Shown: positions 17,856-27,869, numbered from the stretch's first letter. The stretch: DNA of 54,567 nt from a virus (IMGVR_UViG_3300045141_000365:1-54567), one strand, 5' to 3'. Notes: generated from the sequence alone by a model not told the origin. Numbers and translations are program-made.

Positions 17856-20800
17856 ATGGCGGAGGCTCCCTGGGAAAACTACGGTGACGATACGGCTGTG
17901 GCTGATGGCCCGTGGAGCAGCTACGAACCTGATGCGCCTCCATTAACCCCGCCATCGTTGTGGACCGATGAAGACCAGCAGTACGCCCGCAGTATTCTTC
18001 GACCACCTGAAGGAACCATCCGTGGAGACAACACGCCTTCATGGTGGCAACGGTTTCGAGCTGGAGATATTGGCCACAAGCTTTTTGGCCCAACTGACAT
18101 AGAGCGCGAAGCCGCTGGCCCTGATTCAACATTAATTCCTGGTGGTGGACCTGGGGTGGTTCCACTTGCCTCAACGATGCTGAAATTCACAAGCGTGCCT
18201 CCACCAATTGCCAGCGAGATCCGCACCGTCACTGATCCTTTTCTGGAAACCCCATTGATTGGCGATGTGGGGCAAGGCATTACCAAGGGCATTCGGGAAC
18301 TGGCCCTGACCACCCCAATTGCTCCACTGCCCGCTGCTGGCACTGCATTAGGGAAGGCCACACTGGGAGCATTTGCTGGAGAATTCGCCGCTAATCTGCC
18401 AGAAATAAAACGCGCCTACGATGAAGCTATAGCGCGTGGTGATACGGTGGAAGCTGCCAAGATTGCCGCTGAAACAGTTGGCGGAGGATTGCTTATCGGA
18501 GCAGGTGCGACTCATGCGTTACGCGGAAAACCATCAACCCCAAGGGAACCTATAGAAACCGAAGTGAGTCGTCAATCAACACTGACTGATCCAGAGTCCC
18601 AGTTGGTTAAAGCCGCTTCTGACTTCAATAAACAGTTGGGCTTGCTGTCTGATCACGAAGCTGTGGCGGAAACAGCAAAGGAAGGAGCCACTCCTGACAT
18701 TGCTTACGTGGAGGGTGGAAAGTTTAAGATCAATGTGCCGGAATTTCGTGACTGGTTGTCGCGCATTCCGGAAGATCGACGCGCCGAAGCTGTTAAATCA
18801 TTGTTTAACGAAGAGGGGCTGCACGCAAAAGTGCAGGAGACTCTTGGCGACTCACTGATGGAACAGCTTTGGGATGGCCTTTCCAAGCCGGAGCAGGCCC
18901 TTTTAAAACGCTCCTACTTTGGCAAGGAATGGCGGAGCGCGGAAGACTTGGGACCAGCCCGGCTGGGGCATGAGTACATGCGGCGGGTCTTGCAATGGGC
19001 GATGAAGGTCGATCCCCGGGAGCTTTCAGCCTCTCGCGGCCGCCTTCCGGAATTCCTGACCCAGAAAGCCATTGACCTGGGGCTCCGGGGTATTGCCAAG
19101 GTGCGCGAGGTTTTACCTGGAGAAACTGGCCGGACCCTAAAATGGATGCTGGACCGGGTTCAAAACAATCTGGCCACAGCTAAAGCTTCAGCGCCGGAGC
19201 GGTTGTCTGCCAAGGTGGAAGCCAAACCCGTGGAGCCAATGAAGCTGGAGGATTTCAAGGAGCCGATGCCGAACGCTCCCCATTACCCCATTCTGATCGA
19301 GCGTCCGGACGGAAGCCGTTATGAAGCCTACATGAATGGAATCTACGACATGCCTGGCACCAAGTTCCATGGGGCTCTTTCGATCGGGAAGGTGATGCCT
19401 TCCGGGAGTGAAGGGAAACCTGGGCTTTCCCATGGAATGCTTTTACCGCCTGAGAAAGTGGTGGCCGGAGATTACCCCAAGACAGCGACCGAATACGACG
19501 CAGCCAAGGCAGCGGGAGTAAAGCCACCCAGAACACTGGAAACCGAAAAGCTCTCCGCCAAGAACCCTGTCACCAAAGCCATTCAGGACGTGAACCGCAA
19601 ACGCAAGGCTTTCGGCACGTTGTTCCGGGCTGGCGGCAATCGCAAGGTCATGGACCAGACGTTCGATGCGGCAGAGAACATGGCCAATATTGCGGGAGAG
19701 CAGATGCGAAACAGGGTCAGCATCGGCACAAAGCCAATTGAGCGCGAGGCAGCCCTGGCTGTGATCGAAGCCAACGGTGATCCTGCCAAGCTGGCTGAAT
19801 TCGAGCGGCAAGCGGTGGCTGGCGGCAACAAGGACGCCCATAAGGCTGTGCAATACGCCCGGAACAACTGGCAGGGATTGCAGGACCTGGCCACCCGGAT
19901 GAAGGGCATCATGGATGCCCAGGTGGCTGACGAAAACGCCAACGGGATTAGCACTGAATACCATGAAGCTTATGTGCCACACATTTACGACAAGGATTTG
20001 TGGATGGGTGCTGGCAGGCCATTTGTCATTGGTGGCGGTGGTGGCGGGGGCGCAAGCACCGGATTCAAGAAGGGCCGCACGTTCCCGACGATCTTTGACG
20101 CCATCGAAGCCGGGTATGTCCCTGAGTCCCTTGATGTGGGAAAGCTGGCAGAGCATCGGGTTAAAAATGGGCAGAAGCTCATCAATCGAAAGCAGTGGGG
20201 CGAGAGCCTTGCTTCGGTCGCTGACCCGACAGACGGCAAACCGCTGGCCACGGCGATGGTCCGCAAAGCGCGGGGGCCGGGCCAGCCGGGCTACGAGGTG
20301 GCGCCGATAGGCTATACCCCCAGGGAGATCATTCCCGGGGTCAGGGTGGCCATCCATGAGGGGTATTCGGACCTGTTTGACGCCATGACCGGGACCAGTC
20401 GCATCTCTGGCAGCCCGGTGGGAAAGATGCTTCTGGAGACCGAAGGCGCTATCAAGCATGGGCTTCTGATGTTTGATACCTTCCATGCCTCCAGGATCAT
20501 GCAGAAGCAGGCGCTTCTCACGGGCGAACTGAATGCCGGTAAGCGTGGGCAAACCTTGCTCGAGTACGCCGATGCGGACTTGGGGCGGGCAGTTGCAGCC
20601 AAGCTGATCACCCCTGAAATGGCGGCGTGGGTGCGCCAGAACCGGCCCGTTGCCAATCTTCTGATCAGGAATGGCCTGAACGTAGGGCGCATCTCTGAGG
20701 CGCTCTACACGTCATTTGTGCGCGAATTGCCGGTGATTGGGACATTCAACAAATGGGTGTTCGAGAAGCTGACCCGGGGCGCCATGCTTCAGAGCGGTTT

Positions 20801-21971
20801 GATAGAGTTTGAGCGGATCAGCAAGGCCATGCCAAACCTGACCCCAGAGCAGGTGGCCCAAAAGGTGGCGCGGGATCTCAACATCTACTTCGGCAATCTT
20901 GGCCGGCAAGGATTGTTCAAGTCTGGCACCGCCCAGGATTTGGCCCGGTTGACCTTCCTGGCGCCTCAATGGGTCGAATCGATGGCCCGCACCGAGATCC
21001 AGGGAGCGGCGCAAGCTGCCAAGGGCCTGACGATCGATCCAATCATTCATAAAACGATCCTGACAGGCAGCATTGGCAAAGGAGTGGCCCAAGGGCTTCT
21101 GGCCTACTTCGTGGGCACCCAGCTCCTAAACCTGGTCACTCGCGGTCATCCCACATGGCAGAACCCGGAGGACAAACATAAGCTGGATGCCTGGATTCCC
21201 GACCTGTCAGGAAAAGGAGGACACGGGTTTTTCATCAGCCCGTTCTCAGTGGTGGCGGAATTGACCCATGACATGTTGCGCTACACCAAAAGCGAGGGGA
21301 CAGCCCTGAAAGCTGCGGCGAAGATCCTGGTGAACAAGCTCAGCCCTCCAGGCCGCGCACTCAAGGTGCTGCTAACGGGCAAAGACTTCGACAAGACCCA
21401 GATCGACAGCACGTGGGGCCGGGCGAAGGCAGCAGCAGTAGCTCTGGCTCCCGCACCCATTCCGCTCTCCCCCATCATCAAAGGCACCCAATATCCAGGG
21501 CAGACCCAGCGCCAGATTACTGCATCCCTTGGCTTTAAGACTGAGCCTGCTGAAAGCCCTACGCAGCAAATTGCTGACAAAGCTCGCGATTTCCTGACAA
21601 AACAAGGGAAAGGCCGGGCATTCAACTTTGAGCCCACTGAGGACCCTTCCTACGCCAAGCTTCGCGCCATCATGCGCCGTGGCGATGAAGCGGGAGCGGT
21701 GAAAATGCTCAATGAGCTGGAAGCCCAGCACACCGGTAAGCAGGTGCTCACTGCCATGCGCAACCATGTTCGGCACCCATTTACGGGATCAAAAGCCGCT
21801 GAACGCACCTTCCTAAACAGCTTGAGCGATAAAGATGCCGCGTTGTACGATAAAGCCAGGGAGGAACAGAAGGCCGAATATGACAATTTCCTAAAGCTCT
21901 GGTACTCAAGGGATGCTGCTTCCGCTCCGCCGGTCGCCCCGGCCGCTGGTAAGCCGTGGCTAAACTACTGA
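17856..21971 (+). CDS. Large internal virion (ejection) protein, about 1371 aa
   Basis: Start MAEAPWENYG; helical Ala-rich; last gene of the structural operon; PWxxY motifs at both ends. Confidence 0.6.
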   Translation: MAEAPWENYGDDTAVADGPWSSYEPDAPPLTPPSLWTDEDQQYARSILRPPEGTIRGDNTPSWWQRFRAGDIGHKLFGPTDIEREAAGPDSTLIPGGGPGVVPLASTMLKFTSVPPPIASEIRTVTDPFLETPLIGDVGQGITKGIRELALTTPIAPLPAAGTALGKATLGAFAGEFAANLPEIKRAYDEAIARGDTVEAAKIAAETVGGGLLIGAGATHALRGKPSTPREPIETEVSRQSTLTDPESQLVKAASDFNKQLGLLSDHEAVAETAKEGATPDIAYVEGGKFKINVPEFRDWLSRIPEDRRAEAVKSLFNEEGLHAKVQETLGDSLMEQLWDGLSKPEQALLKRSYFGKEWRSAEDLGPARLGHEYMRRVLQWAMKVDPRELSASRGRLPEFLTQKAIDLGLRGIAKVREVLPGETGRTLKWMLDRVQNNLATAKASAPERLSAKVEAKPVEPMKLEDFKEPMPNAPHYPILIERPDGSRYEAYMNGIYDMPGTKFHGALSIGKVMPSGSEGKPGLSHGMLLPPEKVVAGDYPKTATEYDAAKAAGVKPPRTLETEKLSAKNPVTKAIQDVNRKRKAFGTLFRAGGNRKVMDQTFDAAENMANIAGEQMRNRVSIGTKPIEREAALAVIEANGDPAKLAEFERQAVAGGNKDAHKAVQYARNNWQGLQDLATRMKGIMDAQVADENANGISTEYHEAYVPHIYDKDLWMGAGRPFVIGGGGGGGASTGFKKGRTFPTIFDAIEAGYVPESLDVGKLAEHRVKNGQKLINRKQWGESLASVADPTDGKPLATAMVRKARGPGQPGYEVAPIGYTPREIIPGVRVAIHEGYSDLFDAMTGTSRISGSPVGKMLLETEGAIKHGLLMFDTFHASRIMQKQALLTGELNAGKRGQTLLEYADADLGRAVAAKLITPEMAAWVRQNRPVANLLIRNGLNVGRISEALYTSFVRELPVIGTFNKWVFEKLTRGAMLQSGLIEFERISKAMPNLTPEQVAQKVARDLNIYFGNLGRQGLFKSGTAQDLARLTFLAPQWVESMARTEIQGAAQAAKGLTIDPIIHKTILTGSIGKGVAQGLLAYFVGTQLLNLVTRGHPTWQNPEDKHKLDAWIPDLSGKGGHGFFISPFSVVAELTHDMLRYTKSEGTALKAAAKILVNKLSPPGRALKVLLTGKDFDKTQIDSTWGRAKAAAVALAPAPIPLSPIIKGTQYPGQTQRQITASLGFKTEPAESPTQQIADKARDFLTKQGKGRAFNFEPTEDPSYAKLRAIMRRGDEAGAVKMLNELEAQHTGKQVLTAMRNHVRHPFTGSKAAERTFLNSLSDKDAALYDKAREEQKAEYDNFLKLWYSRDAASAPPVAPAAGKPWLNY

Positions 21972-21988
21972 TCTTCGGTCCAAAACAA

Positions 21989-22041
21989 AGCCCGGTATGC
22001 CGAACAGCATGGTCCTGCTGCAAGGCTACCGGGCTCTCTTT
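21989..22041. terminator. Stem-loop between convergent operons
   Basis: agcccggta / taccgggct stem with inner stems, followed by ctcttt. Confidence 0.6.
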
Positions 22042-22146
22042 GATCCCCCGACCAAAAGGAAGACACGGACTCCTGCCGTTAACGTTACGCCTGCCACGTA
22101 ATGGGCCCAAAGTCAAGTTGATCGATATGTGCCAACCATAGTGTTT

Positions 22147-23019
22147 TTATACTCCGCACATTCCTTCGCATTCATTGTTGAACAGATTTAGTGTTGGATC
22201 ATTGCTGCCAAATTGAGCTTCGGACAATGAGACCAAACTTGAGTGTAAATATGGCACTTTCTGTGATCCGCCGTCGCTGCATACCTTTTGGAACGCCAAT
22301 TCGTAATCCACAGCCCGCTTGAAGTCATTTGGCGATTTGAGCTTCATTTCCGACCACAGGGAGTCGTTGTGATACGGACAAAAGACGCAGGCACTCTTGG
22401 GTGGTTCAGGGTAGCCATGCTGGCGCATCCACTTAAGACACGATTGACGCGACATGCCGTGCTCAACAAGCGGGAATCTGTGGGCAATCCATGGTTCTCG
22501 ACTAGGTTTCATGCGGCTGGCCTCGTCGGTTGATATTCCAATCCATTGAATCACCAATGGCGGCGGCTTTTGTCCACTATCCGCAAGCTGTAAAATGACC
22601 TTCTTTGGATACTGTTTCCTCCACTGCTTCAGGCGGTCACCAGCAATCCGCCGGGCAGCTTTTACAAGTTCAAGCACCTTGAAGTCATAGGTGCATTTCC
22701 GGTGCAGCATCCCACGACCCGTGTCAGTTTTGACAAATGCCGGAATATAGGTTGAATAATAGGGTTTGCCGGTTGTCTGGTTTACCCTTTTTCGTAGCGA
22801 TTCAGCCATCAAATCGCCCTTACTAACGCGATGCACTGGGTATGGCAGTTGTTTTTCCAGCCAATCCAACCAAACGTAAACCTTTTCAGGCTCGGCTTTC
22901 GTGTCGGCAAAAACGCCGCATGTCGGGATCGGAGTTATCTCTCCATGAGATGCCATCAAGGCAAGCGTGGAGGATTGGACACCAGCACCGAGGCTCAAAA
23001 TATGTATTGGTTCGATCAT
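22147..23019 (-). CDS. PAPS reductase-like (adenine nucleotide alpha-hydrolase) protein
   Basis: PP-loop SLGAGVQS, FADT, IGISTDE, SACVFCPYH, terminal CEGMCGV. Confidence 0.8.
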   Translation of the reverse strand: MIEPIHILSLGAGVQSSTLALMASHGEITPIPTCGVFADTKAEPEKVYVWLDWLEKQLPYPVHRVSKGDLMAESLRKRVNQTTGKPYYSTYIPAFVKTDTGRGMLHRKCTYDFKVLELVKAARRIAGDRLKQWRKQYPKKVILQLADSGQKPPPLVIQWIGISTDEASRMKPSREPWIAHRFPLVEHGMSRQSCLKWMRQHGYPEPPKSACVFCPYHNDSLWSEMKLKSPNDFKRAVDYELAFQKVCSDGGSQKVPYLHSSLVSLSEAQFGSNDPTLNLFNNECEGMCGV

Positions 23020-23048
23020 TTTAGTAGTGTTTTAACGAAAGCAGACTG

Positions 23049-23435
23049 TCATTGGTATCGGACATCCAGCATCACGCGGAAGAAGAGGGACCCTTCTGAC
23101 CCGCCATTGGTGATGGAATGGCTTGCGATATTTGTCCATCCACCCACCACGGTTGTTGAGCATTGGAGCTTGTAGCCCACCACTACGGGCTGCGGGTAGA
23201 CCATCTCAGCGCTGAAGTCTGCTTCCATGCCGTTGGTGTCGTAGGGGGCGATCACCGCGTAGAAGGGCCTGGGTGAAGCAGGGAGGGGGATGGAGAACAC
23301 CATGCCAGCATCGATGAAGTTGGTATAGGTAAGCGGTACGGACCCGTAATAGGCTTTGTAGCCAGCCACAGGACCGGAGTTGGGCGGCCATACCAGGGAA
23401 AGCCCTGCCGCCATGAGGCATAGGAGTGACTTCAT
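23049..23435 (-). CDS. Secreted FN3-like protein with Verrucomicrobia-type C-terminal motif
   Basis: Signal peptide; LVWPP..VAGYKAYYG..YDTNGMEADFS; YKLQCSTT..GWTNI...LFFRV. Confidence 0.6.
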   Translation of the reverse strand: MKSLLCLMAAGLSLVWPPNSGPVAGYKAYYGSVPLTYTNFIDAGMVFSIPLPASPRPFYAVIAPYDTNGMEADFSAEMVYPQPVVVGYKLQCSTTVVGGWTNIASHSITNGGSEGSLFFRVMLDVRYQ

Positions 23436-23469
23436 ACGCGAAACCTGTCCAAGTGGTGCCAGTCTTTTC

Positions 23470-23724
23470 TCATGCGCTCAAGGCTCGTACTTCGGGGTCA
23501 TGAATTTCAAAGAGAGCTTTGGGCAGGTAGCCGGGACGGCGGGGGTCGCCGATGCGTTTAACGAACAGGCCGGTGAGCATCTGCTTTTGGCCACAAGCAC
23601 CACAGACGTAAGAAAAGCCCTCCAGCTCCCCCATGGCTTCGTATTCGGTGCCAATGGTCACAGTGTCATTGCAGACCGGGAAGCCACAAGGGCAACAGCT
23701 CAGATGGGCGACGGTGGCTTTCAC
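23470..23724 (-). CDS. Small Zn-finger protein
   Basis: CPCG and CGACG motifs. Confidence 0.55.
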   Translation of the reverse strand: MKATVAHLSCCPCGFPVCNDTVTIGTEYEAMGELEGFSYVCGACGQKQMLTGLFVKRIGDPRRPGYLPKALFEIHDPEVRALSA

Positions 23725-23963
23725 TGCTTATTGCCTTTGGCCAAGTGGTAAATGTTGTCTGCGTCAGTGTAGCTAATGCAGGGCTTTCGCCGGTTTCGAC
23801 AGCATTCAATGATCTCCGCAATTTTGGCCAACCGTTCACCCTGGTTGGCAGTGCGTTCCTGTAGCCGCCCAAGCTCTATCTGATCCTTCGCTTCACGCCG
23901 TAGGGACTTGAGCGCTGCCCTAGCGGCCTTGGGGTCGTTCTTCTTTTGGGGTTTACGTTTCAC
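23721..23963 (-). CDS. Hypothetical protein
   Basis: Coupled basic ORF. Confidence 0.5.
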   Translation of the reverse strand: MKRKPQKKNDPKAARAALKSLRREAKDQIELGRLQERTANQGERLAKIAEIIECCRNRRKPCISYTDADNIYHLAKGNKQ

Positions 23964-24367
23964 TGTGCTGCCTCCCGTAGTTTCTTAACCAGCTCCAGGT
24001 CTGCGGCCGATCGGGCTTCGGAGCTGGGGATCTGGTCACTGCGCCCGGTTTGGCGGAGCACCGAGGAGCGGTTTGGGTCCATGACCTTGACCCGGCCTAG
24101 TGCTTGGAGGTGGTGGAACTCATCAATGACGTAGGCGGCATCTTCGCCAAAAATGTGTTGGATGTGGGTGCCCTTGACGAATCGGCCTTCACGTTTGCCG
24201 CGCTTCCTGGAGGCTATAACAGCAAAGATCATGTCTGGGGTGAGACCCATCTGCATTGCTTCGTACACGAGACGCTCGTAAAGGCAATTCATTGGCAACA
24301 AGGGCAAATTGTTCGCATCCCGATAGGCTTGGAACAGGTTGGTTATGTCAGAATTCGCGGATTCCAT
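23960..24367 (-). CDS. Hypothetical protein resembling the C-terminal domain of the adjacent replication initiator
   Basis: Shared pattern AY...G.t...v..v...rK...i.G....dE. Confidence 0.5.
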   Translation of the reverse strand: MESANSDITNLFQAYRDANNLPLLPMNCLYERLVYEAMQMGLTPDMIFAVIASRKRGKREGRFVKGTHIQHIFGEDAAYVIDEFHHLQALGRVKVMDPNRSSVLRQTGRSDQIPSSEARSAADLELVKKLREAAQ

Positions 24368-24369
24368 GG

Positions 24370-25143
24370 TTACTCGATAGCCTTTCGCATCTGACTGATC
24401 CCAGCCTTGAATTCTGCAACAGGTGGAAGGTTGACTCGCTCCTGAGTGATGCGTTGCTGGACGGTCTTCACATAAGACACTTGCCGATGAAACTTGGCCA
24501 ACTCCTCATCGAACTTGGACAAGTCACCAATCAATTTGGAGATGTCGAGGCTCTTGGGGCAATCTGGGCGTTTACTGTTCCATGCCTTTTTGGCCGAAAC
24601 CACGTCACGAACATTTTGCGCGGAATATCCGGCCTGATCAAAAACTCTCCAAAGCTTTAAATGAAGATCATAACGGACCTGATGCCCAGTGGCCTTAACG
24701 TAAGCCTCATGGCATTCTCGTTGCCTTTTTTCCCCTTCGGCTTGCGAAGCATTTGAGAGAGATTTCCTTCTCTCTTTCTTAAGTGATGGTTCCTTATGAT
24801 GATTCGGGTCAACCGCGTTGACCCTCCCCCCTACACCCGGTTGACCCTCCCCCTCCACGCCGTTGACCCTCCCCACATGCAGGTGCAACCGGTAAAAATT
24901 GCTGGTTTGTCTGCCTTCTTTGGTGAATCGGTGCTCAAGGGTGAGCAGGCCAAGTTCTTCAAGGCGATCGATCTGATCCCGGACCCCCTGGGGCGATAGG
25001 TTACACTTTTTGGCTATGGTGCCGATGGCAGGCCAACAGCCGCTTTCGTCATTGGCATTATCCGCCAAGGCCAGAAGGACCAGTTTTTGGGTGTGGGTTT
25101 CCGTCTGCAAATCCCAGACGGTGGACATTAACTTAACACTCAT
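24370..25143 (-). CDS. Replication initiator with winged HTH (HTH_36 type)
   Basis: Likely start MSVKLMS at 25143; KLVLLALADNAND...CWPAIGTIAKKC...SNFYRL; internal iterons. Confidence 0.8.
   Translation of the reverse strand: MSVKLMSTVWDLQTETHTQKLVLLALADNANDESGCWPAIGTIAKKCNLSPQGVRDQIDRLEELGLLTLEHRFTKEGRQTSNFYRLHLHVGRVNGVEGEGQPGVGGRVNAVDPNHHKEPSLKKERRKSLSNASQAEGEKRQRECHEAYVKATGHQVRYDLHLKLWRVFDQAGYSAQNVRDVVSAKKAWNSKRPDCPKSLDISKLIGDLSKFDEELAKFHRQVSYVKTVQQRITQERVNLPPVAEFKAGISQMRKAIE
24806..24874. repeat. Iterons (putative origin inside the initiator gene)
   Basis: GTTGACCCTCCCC at 24817, 24840 and 24862, plus inverted GGGTCAAC at 24806. Confidence 0.7.
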
Positions 25144-25161
25144 CCATGAAGCCTCAGAAGT

Positions 25162-25240
25162 CCCAAGTCTCTCTCGGCTCTCGTAGGCCGCGCAATTCGT
25201 GGGGCGAACCACTGGAAAGGCCAACCGAGAGAGACTTGGG
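25162..25240 (-). promoter_or_regulatory. Structured leader of the initiator gene
   Basis: Perfect 16-bp inverted repeat cccaagtctctctcgg / ccgagagagacttggg. Confidence 0.6.
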
Positions 25241-25321
25241 TATTCTGCGGATTCATTGTCTGCGCTATTTACGAGATGCGCAAATACATGGGGGAAAGAC
25301 CCCACGGTGTCAACCCCTCTT

Positions 25322-25341
25322 TTGTTCACAGGTTATTCACA
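25322..25341. promoter_or_regulatory. DnaA-box-like pair
   Basis: TTATTCACA (fits TTWTNCACA) at 25333 and TTGTTCACA at 25322. Confidence 0.4.
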
Positions 25342-25454
25342 GGCTGCCCCCATGGAAATGGCCATCAGAATATCGCATGTCAGGTCATCCAGCTCCGCTT
25401 GGGTGAGGTGGGGGCAGCGCACTGCCAGCAGGGCTTTGATGCGGTCGAAGTCGT

Positions 25455-25634
25455 TCATTGGTGGTGATTGAAACAATAGAAAATAGCCCAAGCAGCCCAG
25501 AGAATCCAAAGCTCAGCAAACAAGACCCACGCAATCATGGTGACGCACACAGGCAGGAAGATACGGAAAGGGGTGCGGTGGCGTTTCCGAGGGGCCATGC
25601 GCCGGTAATCGAGTTGGATGGGGTCAAGGCTCAT
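25455..25634 (-). CDS. Small membrane protein
   Basis: Hydrophobic C-terminal half; ATGA-coupled. Confidence 0.45.
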   Translation of the reverse strand: MSLDPIQLDYRRMAPRKRHRTPFRIFLPVCVTMIAWVLFAELWILWAAWAIFYCFNHHQ

Positions 25635-26389
25635 ATGCTCTGATTCCATTGTTGGCAGACCCCAGCCCGGCCGGGTCCGCAATATTGTTCACATCGGATG
25701 GATATGGCTCCCCGAAGCCAGCGCTCCTCGTCAGAGCACTCCAGGAGCCCGGTGTCCGGGGCTTGGATGTATTCCTTAATCAGGGCAAGGCGTTGCACAA
25801 TCCAGTCCTGAGCCCTCTCCAGCTCCCAGACCGGTATGTCCACCACCTCACAAGGCCGGAGCCCTTCCCGGGGGGATTTGGTGGCGCTGTAGTCCCGGAG
25901 GAGAAGCACGATTTGCAGCTTCTTGGCCAGGGTCCCGGTTTCCTTCCAGAACAGCCAGCGTAGGAGGTTGGTCTGGATTTCCCAGTCCTCTTTGTCCCCA
26001 GCCTTGGCCCGCTTGGCCGCATAGGAGCCCACGAATTTGTAATCGCTCAGGGTTTCCTCCTGTCGGTCGTACAGGTCAAAAGCGCCAGACACCAGCCAGC
26101 CCTCCACTATGGCTTTGCTTCGGATCTCCACTTGGTAACGGGCAGCCAGCTCCGGGGAAGCCTTCACCACGCGCTCCAGGAGGGTGGACATCAATTGTCC
26201 ATAGGTCGCCCAGAGCCGTTCTGAGCAGTCCTCTGCGTTGTCCACTGCTTCCTTGTGCCGGCTTTCCAAGATCCACATTTGAATCGGCTTCAAGAGTGAA
26301 GTGACACTGATGTCAGCGCCCCCGTTGTGGTAAGGGTCTGCGGCCACAGCAGTGAAGAGTGGTAACGGTAAGTTGTAAATGTTCTTCAT
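25631..26389 (-). CDS. Cas4-like PD-(D/E)XK exonuclease
   Basis: ISVTSLL, SGAFDLY, LSDYK, QTNL, C-terminal RCEQYC...C. Confidence 0.75.
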   Translation of the reverse strand: MKNIYNLPLPLFTAVAADPYHNGGADISVTSLLKPIQMWILESRHKEAVDNAEDCSERLWATYGQLMSTLLERVVKASPELAARYQVEIRSKAIVEGWLVSGAFDLYDRQEETLSDYKFVGSYAAKRAKAGDKEDWEIQTNLLRWLFWKETGTLAKKLQIVLLLRDYSATKSPREGLRPCEVVDIPVWELERAQDWIVQRLALIKEYIQAPDTGLLECSDEERWLRGAISIRCEQYCGPGRAGVCQQWNQSI

Positions 26390-26453
26390 TTGTTTTTCTG
26401 TCTCTCCAGTGCCACGCATTGTTTGGGTCCGCGTTCACCACTGCCCCGAGGGG

Positions 26454-26720
26454 CTAATTCTTTTCTGGCTTCTCCGGCCCCATTAGCACGTAGCCCTGAT
26501 CAGTCAGCCACGCTTCTGCATCGCGCAAGTTTGTCTTCAAGCCCTGCCCTCCAATCCCGTGGGCGCCTTCATCGTGCCCCAGACACCAGCAAAGCGCATC
26601 CAATGTGGCAATGCACAGCTTGGCTGTTTCGGGCTCCGGCCCGAAGGGATTAGGCACGTCTCCCAACACAATGGCCGCAAAGGTGTCATGGGCTCGCTGG
26701 ATCTCGTCTTGGGGTTTCAT
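26454..26720 (-). CDS. Hypothetical protein
   Basis: IQRAHD...DALCWCLGH. Confidence 0.55.
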   Translation of the reverse strand: MKPQDEIQRAHDTFAAIVLGDVPNPFGPEPETAKLCIATLDALCWCLGHDEGAHGIGGQGLKTNLRDAEAWLTDQGYVLMGPEKPEKN

Positions 26721-26778
26721 TTTGGTTTTTCCTTCTGGCACTTTCTGCAAAATGCAAAATCCTTATCCATGGGGGGTT

Positions 26779-27375
26779 TTAAAATGGAATATCTGGGTCT
26801 TCCGGGCTTGAATCACTGGGGCTTGTTGGCGGGGTTTCTTCAATCCTTGTCGTATCCCACTCAATGCAAGCATCGCAAAGCTTGCGTAGCCATTCGGGCA
26901 GATTCTTGTAGATTTGGTTCTTTCCATCATGGATGGAGTATTCAACAAGTGGATTGGTGATCCCAGGGACTTGGGTCCCTTTCATTAAAGCCACGATGCC
27001 GTCAACCTTGGATTTGCCGTGTTCGGTTACAACTACAGACACTTGACAGGCTTTGCCCAATATGTTTTTAAGCTCAAAGCCTTCGAGTTCTTCTTTCGTA
27101 AATTCCCTGCCGCGCCAAGCCACCAAATCCTTTCTGAGATTGGCTTTTTTGCTCAATGACTTGCCGTAAAAACTGCTGATGGCTAAAGGCTTTTCAACAC
27201 CGTCGAATGTGGCTCGTTCGGTCGGAAGCTCGAACATTATAATGATCTTCTGCTTCTCCCCGAAGCCGGTGTCCGGCTGGGTTCCGATGTCAACAATGGC
27301 GTAGCAGATCGCAAGGTATGTTCCTGCTGCCACCTGTGGGGCGCTGTTTTCTTTAATTAAAATTCCCATAATCAA
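26779..27375 (-). CDS. SSB-like / phage replication protein
   Basis: GTYLAICYAIVDIGTQ, SLSKKANLRKDL..WRG, acidic DIPF tail. Confidence 0.7.
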   Translation of the reverse strand: MIMGILIKENSAPQVAAGTYLAICYAIVDIGTQPDTGFGEKQKIIIMFELPTERATFDGVEKPLAISSFYGKSLSKKANLRKDLVAWRGREFTKEELEGFELKNILGKACQVSVVVTEHGKSKVDGIVALMKGTQVPGITNPLVEYSIHDGKNQIYKNLPEWLRKLCDACIEWDTTRIEETPPTSPSDSSPEDPDIPF

Positions 27376-27566
27376 TAAGGGTTGCTTACTGCGCTTTTGG
27401 CTGGGTTGTCAGCCACTGGCACAGTTTTGGTTTTGGTGGTTCGGGGTTTGCGTTCTTTGGTGCCCGCCTTCTTGCCCAATTGGTAGATGGGCGCTTCCAA
27501 GCCGGGTTCAATTAACGTGGCACGGTGGACACTGCCGTCAGGCAGCACCAGGATCGTATCTTTCAT
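27372..27566 (-). CDS. Hypothetical protein
   Basis: Coupled ORF; weak similarity to 27609-27869. Confidence 0.5.
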   Translation of the reverse strand: MKDTILVLPDGSVHRATLIEPGLEAPIYQLGKKAGTKERKPRTTKTKTVPVADNPAKSAVSNPY

Positions 27567-27608
27567 GGTTTTGTGGGGGATTGCTGTTTTTTCACTCTTG
27601 GTATGGCT

Positions 27609-27869
27609 CTAGGAGCGATTTTGTTTAGGGGGCCTTGGTGGTTTGGTGGTCCCGGTCGTCGGACGCGTTAAAAGGGCGTACTGGCTGGCAAGAATGGTAA
27701 GGCGGTCCTTGGAGGCTTGCATGCACCCTGCCGCAAAGGTCTGATAGGGTGTCCGCTCCACCGCATACACTGGCAGGCCATTGACCGGCCATTGGAGCAG
27801 CACAGCCTTGGCTTTGGTGCCGTTAGGTTGTTGCACTAAAATCTCTGGAGGTAAGGGCTCGCTGTTCAT
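27609..27869 (-). CDS. Hypothetical protein
   Basis: ATGA-coupled. Confidence 0.5.
   Translation of the reverse strand: MNSEPLPPEILVQQPNGTKAKAVLLQWPVNGLPVYAVERTPYQTFAAGCMQASKDRLTILASQYALLTRPTTGTTKPPRPPKQNRS

Noticed and set aside
19443-20552. 369-aa minus-strand ORF
   Set aside because: Shadow of the large ejection gene, with no recognisable motifs.
25631-26389. CRISPR-Cas system
   Set aside because: Only a solo Cas4-like nuclease is present; no repeat-spacer array or other cas genes were seen.
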